Source: Candidatus Latescibacterota bacterium
Lineage (GTDB): Bacteria > Latescibacterota > UBA2968 > GCA-2709665
Reading direction: 5' to 3'
Assembly: GCA_965248435.1 (NCBI GenBank)
Contig: OZ252100.1
Span: forward strand, 864,001-928,000
DNA: 64,000 bases
Under the pieces are notes generated by a model. It made no database searches and was not told where the DNA came from. It was given only the letters and a program-made list of their open reading frames with translations. Below, one piece after another: positions 49,427 to 59,990 of this stretch. The first letter of the stretch is position 1. Each line of letters opens with the position of its first letter. A program made the position numbers and the translations under genes.

Positions 49427-49816
49427 CTGGCGTCTCTCAAACTCGCGAAAGAGATCGCTCGAAGCCATCGGGGCCGCGGTGTGCGACTCCCAGGCAACCT
49501 CGTTCTTTCATCTCCCACGCGCTTAGGCCCTCTGGGCCGGTCCCATAGTGGGCGTCGGGCGGTGCAGGAGTCCCGCCCTGATTGCCGCCATCGTCCTTTC
49601 CACTGAGGGTGAGGTGCCGCGGCCGAAGCCCCCGCGGCGTTGAGCGGCGCCCTTCTTTTGTCCTCGGGCGCGGCACGCCGCGCCCCTACAGCGAAATCTT
49701 GGAGTGTAGGGGCACAGCCGCGCTGTGCCCCAGGGTGGCGGTTGCGGTAGGCCTTTTCTTGGGCGAGCAAGAAAAGCATGCCCTGAGCCTGCCGAAGGGT
49801 GGGCTGCCGGAGGCAT
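49427..49816 (-). repeat. Dispersed structured non-coding element, copy 2, with nested REPs
   Basis: Homologous to 35435-35703. REP doublet inserted at about 49661-49752 and CCCTGAGCCTGCCGAAGGG at about 49781-49799. Confidence 0.8.
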
Positions 49817-50133
49817 AGGTTGTAGGCTCAGAAAAACTGTATGCAATCACCGCGAATCATTTCGTCGCCAGGGGGAAGACAGGCTTCAGGCGGCGAACCG
49901 TCACCCTGATAATCGCCTTCGCCAGCAGGAGCTGGCTCCTACCGGATACAATTCGCGCGTTCAGTGCCACGGTGTCCGCAATCCAAAATTCGCAATTACT
50001 CGAAATGCGCCACACCTTCTCAGGAATGCGGTGAAGAACCAAAACAAAAGGGCCTCCCAATCTGTTCGTGACAGACCGGCAGGCCCATTCATCTTCTCAT
50101 TCTGGTGATTAGTGCCCTGAGTTCTCCGGGAGA

Positions 50134-50502
50134 TTAGCCCTGTACATCCACAAGGTTCCCAGGCCTTTCAGGGGGTCTTCTCTCTCCCTGCTCGCGAGCG
50201 GCATCATCCTGCTGCTCGGCAGCATCCCGATCTTGACTAAGCTGCTCTGCCCGATCGTCGGCGGACGGGCCCTGAGCTGCCCCGCCTGCCTCGTTCGCGG
50301 GCGCGTCGGTCTGAGGTGGGTTCGCGGCCGGCGTCTGAGTGGTCCGGGCGCGGGCCTCGTTCGAAATCTCTACCCGATCTGGTTCCGGCCGCTCGGCCGC
50401 TTGCCTTGCCTGCTGGGCAGCCTGATCAGGACCTTCTCCTCCCTGTGGTCTGGCGGGCGCGGGGCGGGCCCCACTCGTGTTTGCATCGACTCGATCCGGC
50501 AT
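50134..50502 (-). CDS. Low-complexity small protein with DRVEIS and C-terminal GNLVDV motifs (flagellar-regulon-like)
   Basis: RBS AAGGAGGT; PDRVEISNEAR; ends RPGNLVDVQG. Confidence 0.7.
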   Translation of the reverse strand: MPDRVDANTSGARPAPARPQGGEGPDQAAQQARQAAERPEPDRVEISNEARARTTQTPAANPPQTDAPANEAGGAAQGPSADDRAEQLSQDRDAAEQQDDAAREQGERRPPERPGNLVDVQG

Positions 50503-50650
50503 CACGACCTCCTTATGCGCAATCCTGCTCGCGAGTCCATTATGAACCCACGAAAGACTTGACACTTCGGAGCCATCAGGATATATACGTTACACACTTA
50601 AAATATCGTGAACGCCCCCGATAAACACAACAGGAAAATTAAAAATAAAA

Positions 50651-52132
50651 ATGGGAGAGACGGTCAACTACCTCGCGTATGACCTCGGCGCTTCGAGCGG
50701 GCGTGCCGTCGTGGGGAAATTCGACGGCGAGCGGGTCATTTTGGAAGAGGTGCACCGCTTTTCGAATGGCGCCGTCTCAGTATTAGATGGGCTCTATTGG
50801 GACGTCTTGCGCCTACACGAAGAAATGCTTCAGGGGTTACGTCGATATGTTCAGTCCTTCGGCAGCCAACTTTCGGGAATCGGAATCGACACGTGGGGGG
50901 TCGATTTCGCGCTCCTGGATGGGGACGATGAACTCCTGGGCAATCCTCGCTCCCACAGAGATCCGCGGACTGATGGAATGATGAACAAGGCCTTCGACAT
51001 CGTGCCCAAAGAGGAGATCTTCGAACAGACAGGCATTCAGTTCTTCGAGCTCAACACCCTCTACCAGCTCCTGGCGATGGTATCTCAGGACGCGCAGCAG
51101 CTCCAGGCGGCCAAAACCTTCCTGATGTTACCGGACCTGTTCAACTTTTGGCTGACAGGGGCCAAGGTCTCCGAATTCTCGGACGCGACGACAACGCAGT
51201 TCTACGATCCGCGCAAGGCCGGCTGGGCGACTGACCTGCTTTCCCGGATGCAGATCCCGACTGGAATCCTTCCACATATCGTCCAGCCCGGCACGAAGCT
51301 CGGCCCGCTACGCCCCTCGATCGCGAAAGAGGCAGGCCTGGATTCCACTGAAGTCATCGCACCCGCGTGCCACGACACCGGTTCGGCCGTCGCCGCCGTC
51401 CCGATGCAGCAGCAGGACGCCGCCTACATCAGCTGCGGGACCTGGGCGCTCATGGGCGCCGAAATCCCGGAACCCAGAATCTCATCGGACGTCCTATCCC
51501 ACAACTTCACGAACGAGGGAGGGGTCTGCGGAACCTTCCGCTTCCTGAAGAACATCAGCGGACTCTGGATCGTGCAGGAATGTCGGCGAATCTGGGAGGC
51601 GGAGGGCCGGTCCTTCGCTTTTGAAGACCTGGTGAGGCTCGCCGGTGAGGCGGCCCCACTCGTCGCGCTCGTCGACCCGGATGACGGCAGCTTTATCACG
51701 CCGGGAGACATGCCTTCCAGAATCCGCGCTTTCTGCAAGCGCACCGGCCAGCCGGAACCTGAAACCGAGGGCGCGATCATCCGATGCGCGCTCGAAAGCC
51801 TGGCACTCAAGTTTCGACAGGTCTTGATCGAACTCGAATCTGTCCTCGAGAGAAAGATGGAGACCATCCACGTCGTGGGAGGCGGAAGCCGCAACACGCT
51901 CCTTTGCCAGCTCACAGCCGACGTGACGGGCCGGCCGGTCATCGCGGGGCCGGCCGAAGCGACTGCCCTCGGAAACATCCTGATGCAGGCCACGGCGGAC
52001 GGTCAGGTCGACTCCTTGAATCAGATCAGAGAAATCGTACGCAACTCCACCGAGGTCGTCACCTACGAGCCGGGCCCCTCAGAGTTTTGGGAGCCGGCCT
52101 ACGGACGATTCCTCAAACTCCTCGCAAACTGA
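50651..52132 (+). CDS. rhaB: Rhamnulokinase (FGGY family)
   Basis: DLGASSGR, GIDTWGVDF, HDTGSAV, FTNEGG, LKNISGLW and GGGSRN motifs. TTGACA-N17-TATATA at 50559-50587. Confidence 0.9.
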   Translation: MGETVNYLAYDLGASSGRAVVGKFDGERVILEEVHRFSNGAVSVLDGLYWDVLRLHEEMLQGLRRYVQSFGSQLSGIGIDTWGVDFALLDGDDELLGNPRSHRDPRTDGMMNKAFDIVPKEEIFEQTGIQFFELNTLYQLLAMVSQDAQQLQAAKTFLMLPDLFNFWLTGAKVSEFSDATTTQFYDPRKAGWATDLLSRMQIPTGILPHIVQPGTKLGPLRPSIAKEAGLDSTEVIAPACHDTGSAVAAVPMQQQDAAYISCGTWALMGAEIPEPRISSDVLSHNFTNEGGVCGTFRFLKNISGLWIVQECRRIWEAEGRSFAFEDLVRLAGEAAPLVALVDPDDGSFITPGDMPSRIRAFCKRTGQPEPETEGAIIRCALESLALKFRQVLIELESVLERKMETIHVVGGGSRNTLLCQLTADVTGRPVIAGPAEATALGNILMQATADGQVDSLNQIREIVRNSTEVVTYEPGPSEFWEPAYGRFLKLLAN

Positions 52133-52133
52133 T

Positions 52134-53111
52134 ATGGGACCAGAACAAAACAGGCAGAGAGGCAACTCACGCCGTGTCCTTGTTGCCGCTCGAATCTGCC
52201 AGATCCTGATCGGCCTCGTCTTCCTGGTTGCGGGCGCGGCCAAGTCGTGGAACCCCGTGATCTTCTACTGGGAAGCCCTGCCGTTCGTACAGGGCATCCT
52301 GACTCTGGGTCCCAGCATCGGTCCCGCGGTTTCCCGGGCTGCCCTCCTGATGAGTGTGATCGAGTTCGGTCTCGGGCTCTCTCTCGTGATGAACTGGCGG
52401 CCAAAACTGACCCTGCGGATCGGCGTCGGCCTGATGGCTTTTTTCCTGTTCCTGACGGTTTCGGCCTGGTCGAAGGGATTTGACGCGAGGTGCGGATGTT
52501 TTGGCACCCTGCTTCAAAGGGGACCGGGTGAGGCGACGATCGAAAATACGGTCATGCTCGCCATGCTCCTGTTGGCGCTCTTTAAGCAGGGATCCGTCTT
52601 CACTGCACCCGAAGGGCTTGCTCGAAGGATTGTGACAGGGGGTCTACTTGTCGCGCTGATCGTGGCGGGCGCCCGCTTCTTCCCTGAAATGGGACGTCTC
52701 GAGGCAGGGGATTTGCAGGTGGGACTGGAACTGGAAAGTCTGGAGGTTTCAGGAACGGACGTAGATATCTATCGAGGGGCCTATCTCCTACAGCTCTTCA
52801 GCCCCACGTGTAAACACTGTAAAGAGAAGGTGCCGGCGATGAACCGGCTCTCCGCGATTCCGGGCGTCCCGCAGGTCGTCGCGCTGTCCCCCTACGAGAC
52901 CCACTCGACGGAGATTCGACATTTCGTAAAGCAGCTGCAGCCCAGATACAAGATCGCACAGATCTCCTTCACCGATTTCGCGCGTCTCGTCCACGGCCAC
53001 GGCTTTCCACGTATGGCCTACGTGAGAAACGGTGAAATTCTGGCCGTGTGGGAATCGAATCAGTTCCCCACCCGATCGCAGATCAAGCAGTTCTTCCAGA
53101 GTTCATCGTAA
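52134..53111 (+). CDS. MauE/DoxX membrane protein fused to a thioredoxin-like domain
   Basis: TM helices, CGCFG motif, then FSPTCKHC. Confidence 0.8.
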   Translation: MGPEQNRQRGNSRRVLVAARICQILIGLVFLVAGAAKSWNPVIFYWEALPFVQGILTLGPSIGPAVSRAALLMSVIEFGLGLSLVMNWRPKLTLRIGVGLMAFFLFLTVSAWSKGFDARCGCFGTLLQRGPGEATIENTVMLAMLLLALFKQGSVFTAPEGLARRIVTGGLLVALIVAGARFFPEMGRLEAGDLQVGLELESLEVSGTDVDIYRGAYLLQLFSPTCKHCKEKVPAMNRLSAIPGVPQVVALSPYETHSTEIRHFVKQLQPRYKIAQISFTDFARLVHGHGFPRMAYVRNGEILAVWESNQFPTRSQIKQFFQSSS

Positions 53112-53115
53112 GAGA

Positions 53116-53747
53116 TCAAGCCCTGCCCCAAAGTGAAAGCTGCCTTACCGCTTCGCTCCCCGATCCGGGCCTCACCCGCTCCTCCTCCATCAGATCATCA
53201 GGAACCTCTCGAACGAAGCGAGATACTTCAGGCTTGATCCGCCTACAGTAGAGACGCCGGCTCCGTGCGCGAGTCAATAATACTTCATCCTTCGCGCGCG
53301 TCAGCCCGACATAAAACAGCCTTCGCTCTTCATCCACGTCGACATCGCCCGCGCCCGACGGAATCAACCCCTCCTCTACCCCGCAGATGAAGACGACTGG
53401 AAACTCGAGCCCCTTCGCGGCGTGAAGCGTCATCAGGCTTACGGCCTCCTGGCGTGGCGCGCCTCCCCGCCGTTCCAGGTCGGCCTCCTTTCCGGTCAGG
53501 ACGGTGTCGAGCCCAAGCACCGAGCCCGCCGATTCCGCCAGCCTCACCAAGCGTTCGGTTTCAAGTTTATCTCCGCGGCCGAAATCCTCTTGCCAGCGCC
53601 TCAAGAGCGCTTCGGGAGACGCCTCCTTTGCGAAGTGACGATAGCGCGCCAAGAACTGAAAAAGGAGATCGACGCGATCCGATACCTTTCGAAGCGCCTC
53701 GATCCTGGCACCCTGGCCCAGCCGCCTGCGCAACGCCGACAAGACCG
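53116..53747 (-). pseudogene. 3' fragment of UvrD/REP helicase (diverged duplicate of 56878-57509)
   Basis: LMTLHAAKGLEFPVVF and EERRLFYVGLTRAK. Homology to the second copy stops abruptly at 53747. Confidence 0.88.
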
Positions 53748-53861
53748 GTGGTGCCTAGAGCCGTGGAAGTTTCGACGCTGCCGTCAGCCGCCCGGCGGTG
53801 GCTTGATCACCGCGGACCAGCACCACCGCTCTGAGCAGAGCACCGAGCACGACGCGCTTCG

Positions 53862-56090
53862 TCATTTTGGCTCTCCTTTGAACGCCGCGCGGATCTCCAC
53901 CAGGTTGAAGTGCAGGAGCGCGTTGGAGTTCTTGAAGCGGTCGAGCACGCGGTAGATGCCCGAGTACTCCAGTCGTGGCCGGTCGTCGGTGACCAGCGGA
54001 GCGCTGTCGGTGTAGGCGCGCACCTTCGCCGGGTCGAGCACGAACGAGGTGCGCATCAGGTTTTCGTTCAGGGGAATCGCGCGCAGCGACTCGGGGCCTT
54101 CGCGGAGTCGGCGCACCGCGCGCTCGGGCTCGATGGGGCTCGGCGAGCCGATCGCCAAGCCGGTCATGTCTCCCGGCATGATGAACAGATGGGTTTCGGG
54201 GAACACGCTTTGTAGCGTCGCGAGGATCTGGCGGCTGTCGTCGGGTGAGACCAGGTGCAGCGGCAGCCACTGCACGAGGATGCCGTCGTCGGCGAGCCGG
54301 CCGCGCGCCAGCTCGTAGAACTCGCGTGAGTAGAGGTTCACGGCCCCGGCGAAGTGCGGCGGCATCGGCTCGAGCGTGATGATGTCGTAGACGTCGCGCG
54401 AACGGTGCAAGAACGTGCGGCCGTCCTCGAGCGTGACGTGCGGCAGGATGCGCAGGTTGTCAAGGGTGAAGTGCTCGGCGCAGGCCAGCACGTCGGGGTT
54501 GATCTCGGCGACATCGAGATGCAGCGGCCAGCTACCCAGCGCGCGCGCGGTCGAGCCGGTGCCGAAGCCGATGACGAGCCCACGCTTCGGGTCGGGGTGC
54601 AGCAACGCGGGGAGGTGCCCCATCATCGGCATGTAGTGCGTGCCGGGGCCATCGGCCGCGGTGACGAAGCCGTCGAGGAACAACGAGCGCCGGTTGGTCA
54701 CGATGTTGCGCACGACCGTCGTCGTCGTGCTCGCGCCCTCGCGGTAGTAGAGCACGCGGTAGAAGTGCTCTTTTCCGACGGTGTGCGGGGGGACCGACGT
54801 GCCTTCGCCGAGCTGCTTGCCGACGGCGGCGGGCCAGGCGAGCACCACCGCGGCCGCGAACACCCCGGCGAGCGCCCAGGCCGCGCGGGGTACCCGCGCG
54901 CCGCGACGGTCGCGCACCATCAGCCACAGCCCGCAGCCGGCTTGGACCAGGGCCAACGCGATGAGCGCACCGCGCACGCCGAGCGCGGGAAGCAGCCAGA
55001 AGCCGGTCGCGAGCGAACCTGCCACCGCGCCGAGGGTGTTTACGAGGTACGCGCCGCCAAGAGACGCTCCGGCGCGGCCCTTGGTCACGAAGCGTCCGGC
55101 GGCCATCGGGAACGCCATGCCCCACACCACGGCGGGCAGCCCAATTAGAACGATCGACAGCCCGATGTAAATCGTCAGCCGCACCCAGAAGCGCACGTCG
55201 TTGCCGCGCAGGAGCTCCACCAGCTCCGGCGTCGCGGCCACCAACGGCGCAAACGCGAGAGCGAGCGCCGCGCCCGCGGCGATGATGGCGCCGAGCAGCG
55301 CGGTGGACTTCCTACGGGACGGCGGCGCGACGGCCGCTCCGATCGCGAGCCCGCCGAGAAACGCCGCGAGGATGATGGTGAACGAGTAGGCGGTGCCCAA
55401 GAACCCCTGGAGCAGCAAGCGCGTGAAGAGGATCTCGTAGCCTAGCGTGACCAGGCCCGAGACGAACAGCGCGCAAGCGGCAGGCAGCGCGGGCCACGCG
55501 CGCGGCTGGGGCTCGGTGGCCGGGGGCGTACGGTCGAGCGCGATGGCGCAGACTCCCGCGACGACCTCCAGCGCCGCGGCGACGCAGGCGGCACCCCACA
55601 GACCGAGGTTCTCGATGAGCACGAAACCGGCGAGCGCCGCGCCCGCGAGCGCGCCAAACGTGTTCGCGGAGTAGAGCGGACCGAGGGCTTTGGCGGGCTT
55701 CTCGCCGACGCGGTCGACGTAGGCGAGCATCGCCGGCAGCGTCGCGCCCATCAGCACCGTAGGCACGACGAGCAGCGCCAAGGCGGCGAGCGCGACCAAC
55801 GAGTAGTGCGACGATGCGTGAAGCGACGGAAGGTGTGCGGCCAGCGCGGTCACGGCGAGCCCGGTGACGGCCGCGCCGATCTCCAACACGCCGTAGAGGC
55901 GCAACGGACCTCGGACCTTGTCACCGTACCGTCCGATCGCGATCGCGCCCAGCGCCAGCCCGAGCATGAACGTGGCGAGCACCATGGCCACGCCGCGCGC
56001 CGTGCCCCCGAGCACTAGCGTCATGTGCCGCGCCCAGATGACCTGGTAGATCAGCGACGCCCCGCCCGAGAGCAGCAGCAGCGCCTGCAA
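53862..56090 (-). CDS. Fused MFS-like / spermidine synthase protein
   Basis: LSGGASLIYQVIW.R, LYSANTFGA, LVIGFGTG, EDGRTFL, YDIITLEP, LYSREFY and VTDDRPRLEY. Start codon uncertain. Confidence 0.88.
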   Translation of the reverse strand: MQALLLLSGGASLIYQVIWARHMTLVLGGTARGVAMVLATFMLGLALGAIAIGRYGDKVRGPLRLYGVLEIGAAVTGLAVTALAAHLPSLHASSHYSLVALAALALLVVPTVLMGATLPAMLAYVDRVGEKPAKALGPLYSANTFGALAGAALAGFVLIENLGLWGAACVAAALEVVAGVCAIALDRTPPATEPQPRAWPALPAACALFVSGLVTLGYEILFTRLLLQGFLGTAYSFTIILAAFLGGLAIGAAVAPPSRRKSTALLGAIIAAGAALALAFAPLVAATPELVELLRGNDVRFWVRLTIYIGLSIVLIGLPAVVWGMAFPMAAGRFVTKGRAGASLGGAYLVNTLGAVAGSLATGFWLLPALGVRGALIALALVQAGCGLWLMVRDRRGARVPRAAWALAGVFAAAVVLAWPAAVGKQLGEGTSVPPHTVGKEHFYRVLYYREGASTTTTVVRNIVTNRRSLFLDGFVTAADGPGTHYMPMMGHLPALLHPDPKRGLVIGFGTGSTARALGSWPLHLDVAEINPDVLACAEHFTLDNLRILPHVTLEDGRTFLHRSRDVYDIITLEPMPPHFAGAVNLYSREFYELARGRLADDGILVQWLPLHLVSPDDSRQILATLQSVFPETHLFIMPGDMTGLAIGSPSPIEPERAVRRLREGPESLRAIPLNENLMRTSFVLDPAKVRAYTDSAPLVTDDRPRLEYSGIYRVLDRFKNSNALLHFNLVEIRAAFKGEPK

Positions 56091-56122
56091 CGCGCGAACG
56101 TGACGGGAAATCGAGATGGGAT

Positions 56123-56374
56123 CTACCTCGGTACGCGGAAACCGCTGTGCAAGTCGCCACCGTCGGTCCACGCGAACGACATGCCGCTCGTGTTGTGGGC
56201 CATTCCGATAGCACCGTCGGGGGACAGCAAGATGACGCCGCCTCGGCCCCCATGGGTGCGCTCTTCCATGCGCGCCACCGCGTCGCGCGCCGCGTTCATG
56301 GGGGTGACTCCCCGGGGAAGCCTTTGGAGCGAGTCGAGCGACAACGCGGAGCGCAGGATGGCCTCGCCATGGCC
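56123..56374 (-). pseudogene. 3' fragment of isoaspartyl peptidase / L-asparaginase (Ntn hydrolase)
   Basis: GHGEAILR...GGVILLSPDG.IGMAHNTSGMSFA; the 5' part is replaced by an IS end. Confidence 0.75.
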
Positions 56375-56660
56375 GACCTGCCCCCACCTATGTATCTAGA
56401 TCCAGAGTTAGGATGCGGTTGCGACTAGCGGTCCTAAGACCGTTTCAGGTGCCGGTGGCCTATAGCCCAGCGAGCTGTGTGGGCGGACCCTATTGTACTG
56501 CCGTCGCCACACCTCAGTCAACACCTTTGCCTCCTGCAGCGTCGTAAAGATCTCACCGTTGAGGAGTTCATCCCTGAGTTTCCCGTTGAAGCTTTCGATG
56601 TAGCCGTTCTCCCACGGACTACCCGGCTCGATGAACAACGTTCCGATCTCCAACCTCGAG
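56375..56660 (-). mobile_element. IS3-family remnant: transposase C-terminus and right end
   Basis: TLFIEPGSPWENGYIESFNGKLRDELLN...YNRVRPHSSLGY, followed by the terminal-like sequence GGGGGCAGGTC. Confidence 0.88.
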
Positions 56661-56873
56661 ACGCACTCGTTGGAGATTCGACAGTTCGTGGAGAAGCTGC
56701 AACCCAGATACAAGATCGCGCAGATCTCTTTCACCGATTTCGCGCGTCTCGTCCACGGCCACGGCTTTCCCCGCATGGCCTACGTGAGAAACGGTGAGAT
56801 TTTGGCCGTGTGGGAAGCGAATCAGTTCCCCACTCGCTCGCAGATCAAGCCGTTCTTTCAGAGTTCATCGTAG
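56658..56873 (+). pseudogene. 3' fragment of the DoxX-thioredoxin gene (diverged duplicate)
   Basis: ETHSLEIRQFVEKLQPRYKIAQISFTDFARL... matches 52896-53111 at an offset of 3762. Confidence 0.9.
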
Positions 56874-56877
56874 GGCA

Positions 56878-59800
56878 TCAAATCCCGCCCCAGATCGAGA
56901 GCTGCCTGACCGCTTCACTCCTCGATCCCGGCCTCACCCGCTCCTCCTCCATCAGATCATCAGGAACCTCTCGAACGAAGCGAGATACCTCCGGCTTGAT
57001 CCGTTTCCCGTAGAGACGCCGACTCCGCGCACGCGTCAACAATACTTCATCCTTCGCGCGGGTCAGCCCGACATAAAACAGCCTTCGCTCTTCATCCACA
57101 TCCACATCGCCTGTGCCGTGAGGAATCAGCCCCTCCTCTACCCCACAGATAAAGACGACCGGAAACTCGAGCCCCTTCGCGGCGTGAAGCGTCATCAAGC
57201 TCACGGCCTCCTGGCGCGGCGCGCCTCCCTTCCGTTCCAGGTCGGCCTCCTTCCCGGTCAAGATGGTGTCGAGCAGCGCCCCTAGAGAGCCCGCCGACTC
57301 CGCCAGGCTCACCAGGCGTTCGGTTTCCAGTTTATCTCCGCGGCCGAAATCCTCCTGCCAGCGCCCCAAGAGCGCTTCGGGAGACGCCTCCTTTGCGAAG
57401 TGACGATAGCGCGCCAAGAACTGAAAAAGGAGGTCGACGCGGTCCGATACCTTTCGAAGCGCCTCGATCCTCTCACCCTGACCCAGCCGCCTGCGCAACG
57501 CCGACAAGACCGAGGGACCTGGATTGAACGGCGCGAGCGCCATTGCGTTCAGAAAACGAAACGTCCCGCCAGGAGAGTGGACGCAACGAAAAAAGGTCAG
57601 CGCATCCCTAACCGCTTTGGCCTCGAGAACATCCTTCTGTCCGATGATCCGATACGGCAGGCCCTCCTCCAAAAAGCAGCGCTCCAGCGTCTCGGCCTGC
57701 CACCACGTGCGGAACAACACCGCGAAATCGGCGAAGCTGCGAGCCTGATCGATCTCCGCGGCGCCATTCCCTGGAGCAACCTCGTCGGACTGAAGCATGT
57801 CCGCCCCGCCGACCCTCCGGCTGATCTCTCGCACGACGGCGATCCCCTCGGCCGTCTCGCCTGGCACGGTGAGCAGGCGAATCGCAGGTCCGCGATCCCT
57901 CACGCTCCGTGTATCCTTACGATGTCTACCAACCGAAATGACCGCCCCCGCCGCCTCGATGATGTTGGGTGTGGATCTGTAGGTGGTTTCCAGATTCACC
58001 CTGTGGGCGGAAGGAAAGTCATCGGTCAACGCGTTGAAGAATGCCGGCCGCGCACCGCGAAATCCGTAGATCGCTTGATCGGGGTCGCCGATCACGAACA
58101 GCCCCTCCCCGGCGCCCGCCAGAAGTTTGACCAGGTGGTACTGCACCCCGTTGACATCCTGGAACTCGTCGACCAGCAGGTGCGAGAACCGTCCCCTGAG
58201 CTCCGTCAGGATCTCCACGCGTGCGACCAGAAGCTCGACCAGGTCCACGAGGATGTCGTCGAAATCTCTTGCCCCGTAGGCCTTGAGCTGGTCCTGGTAG
58301 GTTTGATAGACCGCTCTGATTTCCTTACCCCTGAGCTCTCCGGGGTGTATTCCCGCAGACTTGGCCAGCGATATCGACGCGACAGCCTCCTTGAGGGGAA
58401 TCGCGCACTTCACGCGGGAAAGGGCATCCGACAGGATCTGCCGTGCTTCGAACTCATCCACCACCGAGGGTCCAGGCCCCGGCTCGTAGCGCTTCAGGAG
58501 ACTCAGGGCAATCCCGTGAAACGTTCCGACGGTCACCTCTCTCCCGCGCTCGACGTCACCGAGCAGGTCCACGAGGCGGCGGCGCATCTCGCCCGCCGCT
58601 CGATTCGTGAACGTCACGGCGGCGATCTGATCGGGCGCGACCTCCCGTTCTCTGATCAGGTGGGCGATCCGGTGCGTGAGCACGCGCGTCTTTCCCGTGC
58701 CCGGTCCCGCCACGACGACGATCGGTCCGTCCACCGCCACGACCGCCGCCCTCTGGTCGACGTCGAGCGCGCGAGGGCCTGAAGGCGACGAACCTGGATC
58801 GCCCAAACGGGACGCGGCTTCCTCCCCCGCTTCGATCGCCCGGGCACCGCCGTTCTTCCCGTTCTTGCCGTTCTTCCCGTTCGTCGTCCACTCGAGCGAG
58901 GCCGTCGTTCGCGTTGCATCCACGTCGAACAGGAGCCGCTGTCCCTTGATCCGCTCTCGCTCTTCATCCGAGAAGACCCGGATCTCTCCGTAGACCCCGT
59001 CATACCCCGCGTGGATCTCCACTTCCCCCGCCCGCAGCCTGCGCACCCCTTCGGCAACGAGCGGCCCACCCGAACTGGAGATCCTCTCCACGGAGACATC
59101 TCTCAAGATCTCCAGTTCGGGGCCTAACTCATTCAGGAGCCGTGCGTAGATCGTCTGGACCTTCTTGCTGCTCGGTCCTACCCCGATGACAGAGCCGATC
59201 ACCTCGGGCAGGGGAATCAGGTTTTCGTATGGGGCGGCGCCGTCCGGGCGGCTTCCTTCGGGCCTGTCGGCCAGTGTCTCCACCCGGTGCAACACACCTA
59301 CCGTCAGTTTCCCGCCGCAGACGGGACAGATGCCATCCGCCGCCCTCGTCTCTTCCGGCGACCAGTGGATGTCGCATTTTCGATGGCCGTCCCAGTGATA
59401 CTTCCCTTCCTCCGGATAAAACTCGATCGTCCCACAAAATCTGCCTGTGTCCCTTTCCTTCAGCGCTTCGTAAATCCCGGAATACGACAGCTCCGTGTCG
59501 AAACAGGTCGCCTCTCGCGCCAGCTTCTGGGGGGAGTGCGCGTCCGAGTTCGACACGATCGCGTATCTGTCCAGCGCCGACAGCCGCCAGTTCATCGGAG
59601 GATCGGAAGAGAGACCGGTCTCCACCGCGAAGATGTGCGGGAGCATGTCTTCAAAGCATTCTTCCAGGCTGTCGAACCCCGAGCTCGACCCGAGCACCGC
59701 GAAGTGAGGCGTCCAGATGTGGGCGGGGATGAACAGTACGTCTTCGCAGGCCTCCAGACAGATCTCCACCAGGTCCCGGCTGTCCAGGCCCAGGATCGGC

Positions 59801-59990
59801 CGCCCGTCCGACTTCAAGTTCCCGATCTCCGCGAGCCGGGTGCTCAACCGCTCCACCGCCTCGAAGCCCGGTAGAATCACGACGTGATGCACCTTTCGGG
59901 TCTTTCCGTTCTTCTTGTAGATCAGGCTGATCTCGGTCGAAAGCAGGAACCGCACGTCACCGCGACACGACGCGGGCAGTTCGTGTTCGA
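56878..59990 (-). CDS. Endonuclease Q (PHP)-UvrD helicase fusion, 5' truncated
   Basis: IPAHIWTP, ETGLSSDP, SNSDAHS, EEGKYH.DGHRKC; AGPGTGKT, LVDEFQD, IGDPDQAIYGFRGA. The ORF-track N-terminus above about 59990 is antisense to another gene. Confidence 0.88.

Noticed and set aside
50598-50624. sigma28-like TTAA-N15-CCCGATAA pointing into rhaB
   Set aside because: Imperfect match, an implausible target, and a sigma70-like promoter lies just upstream.
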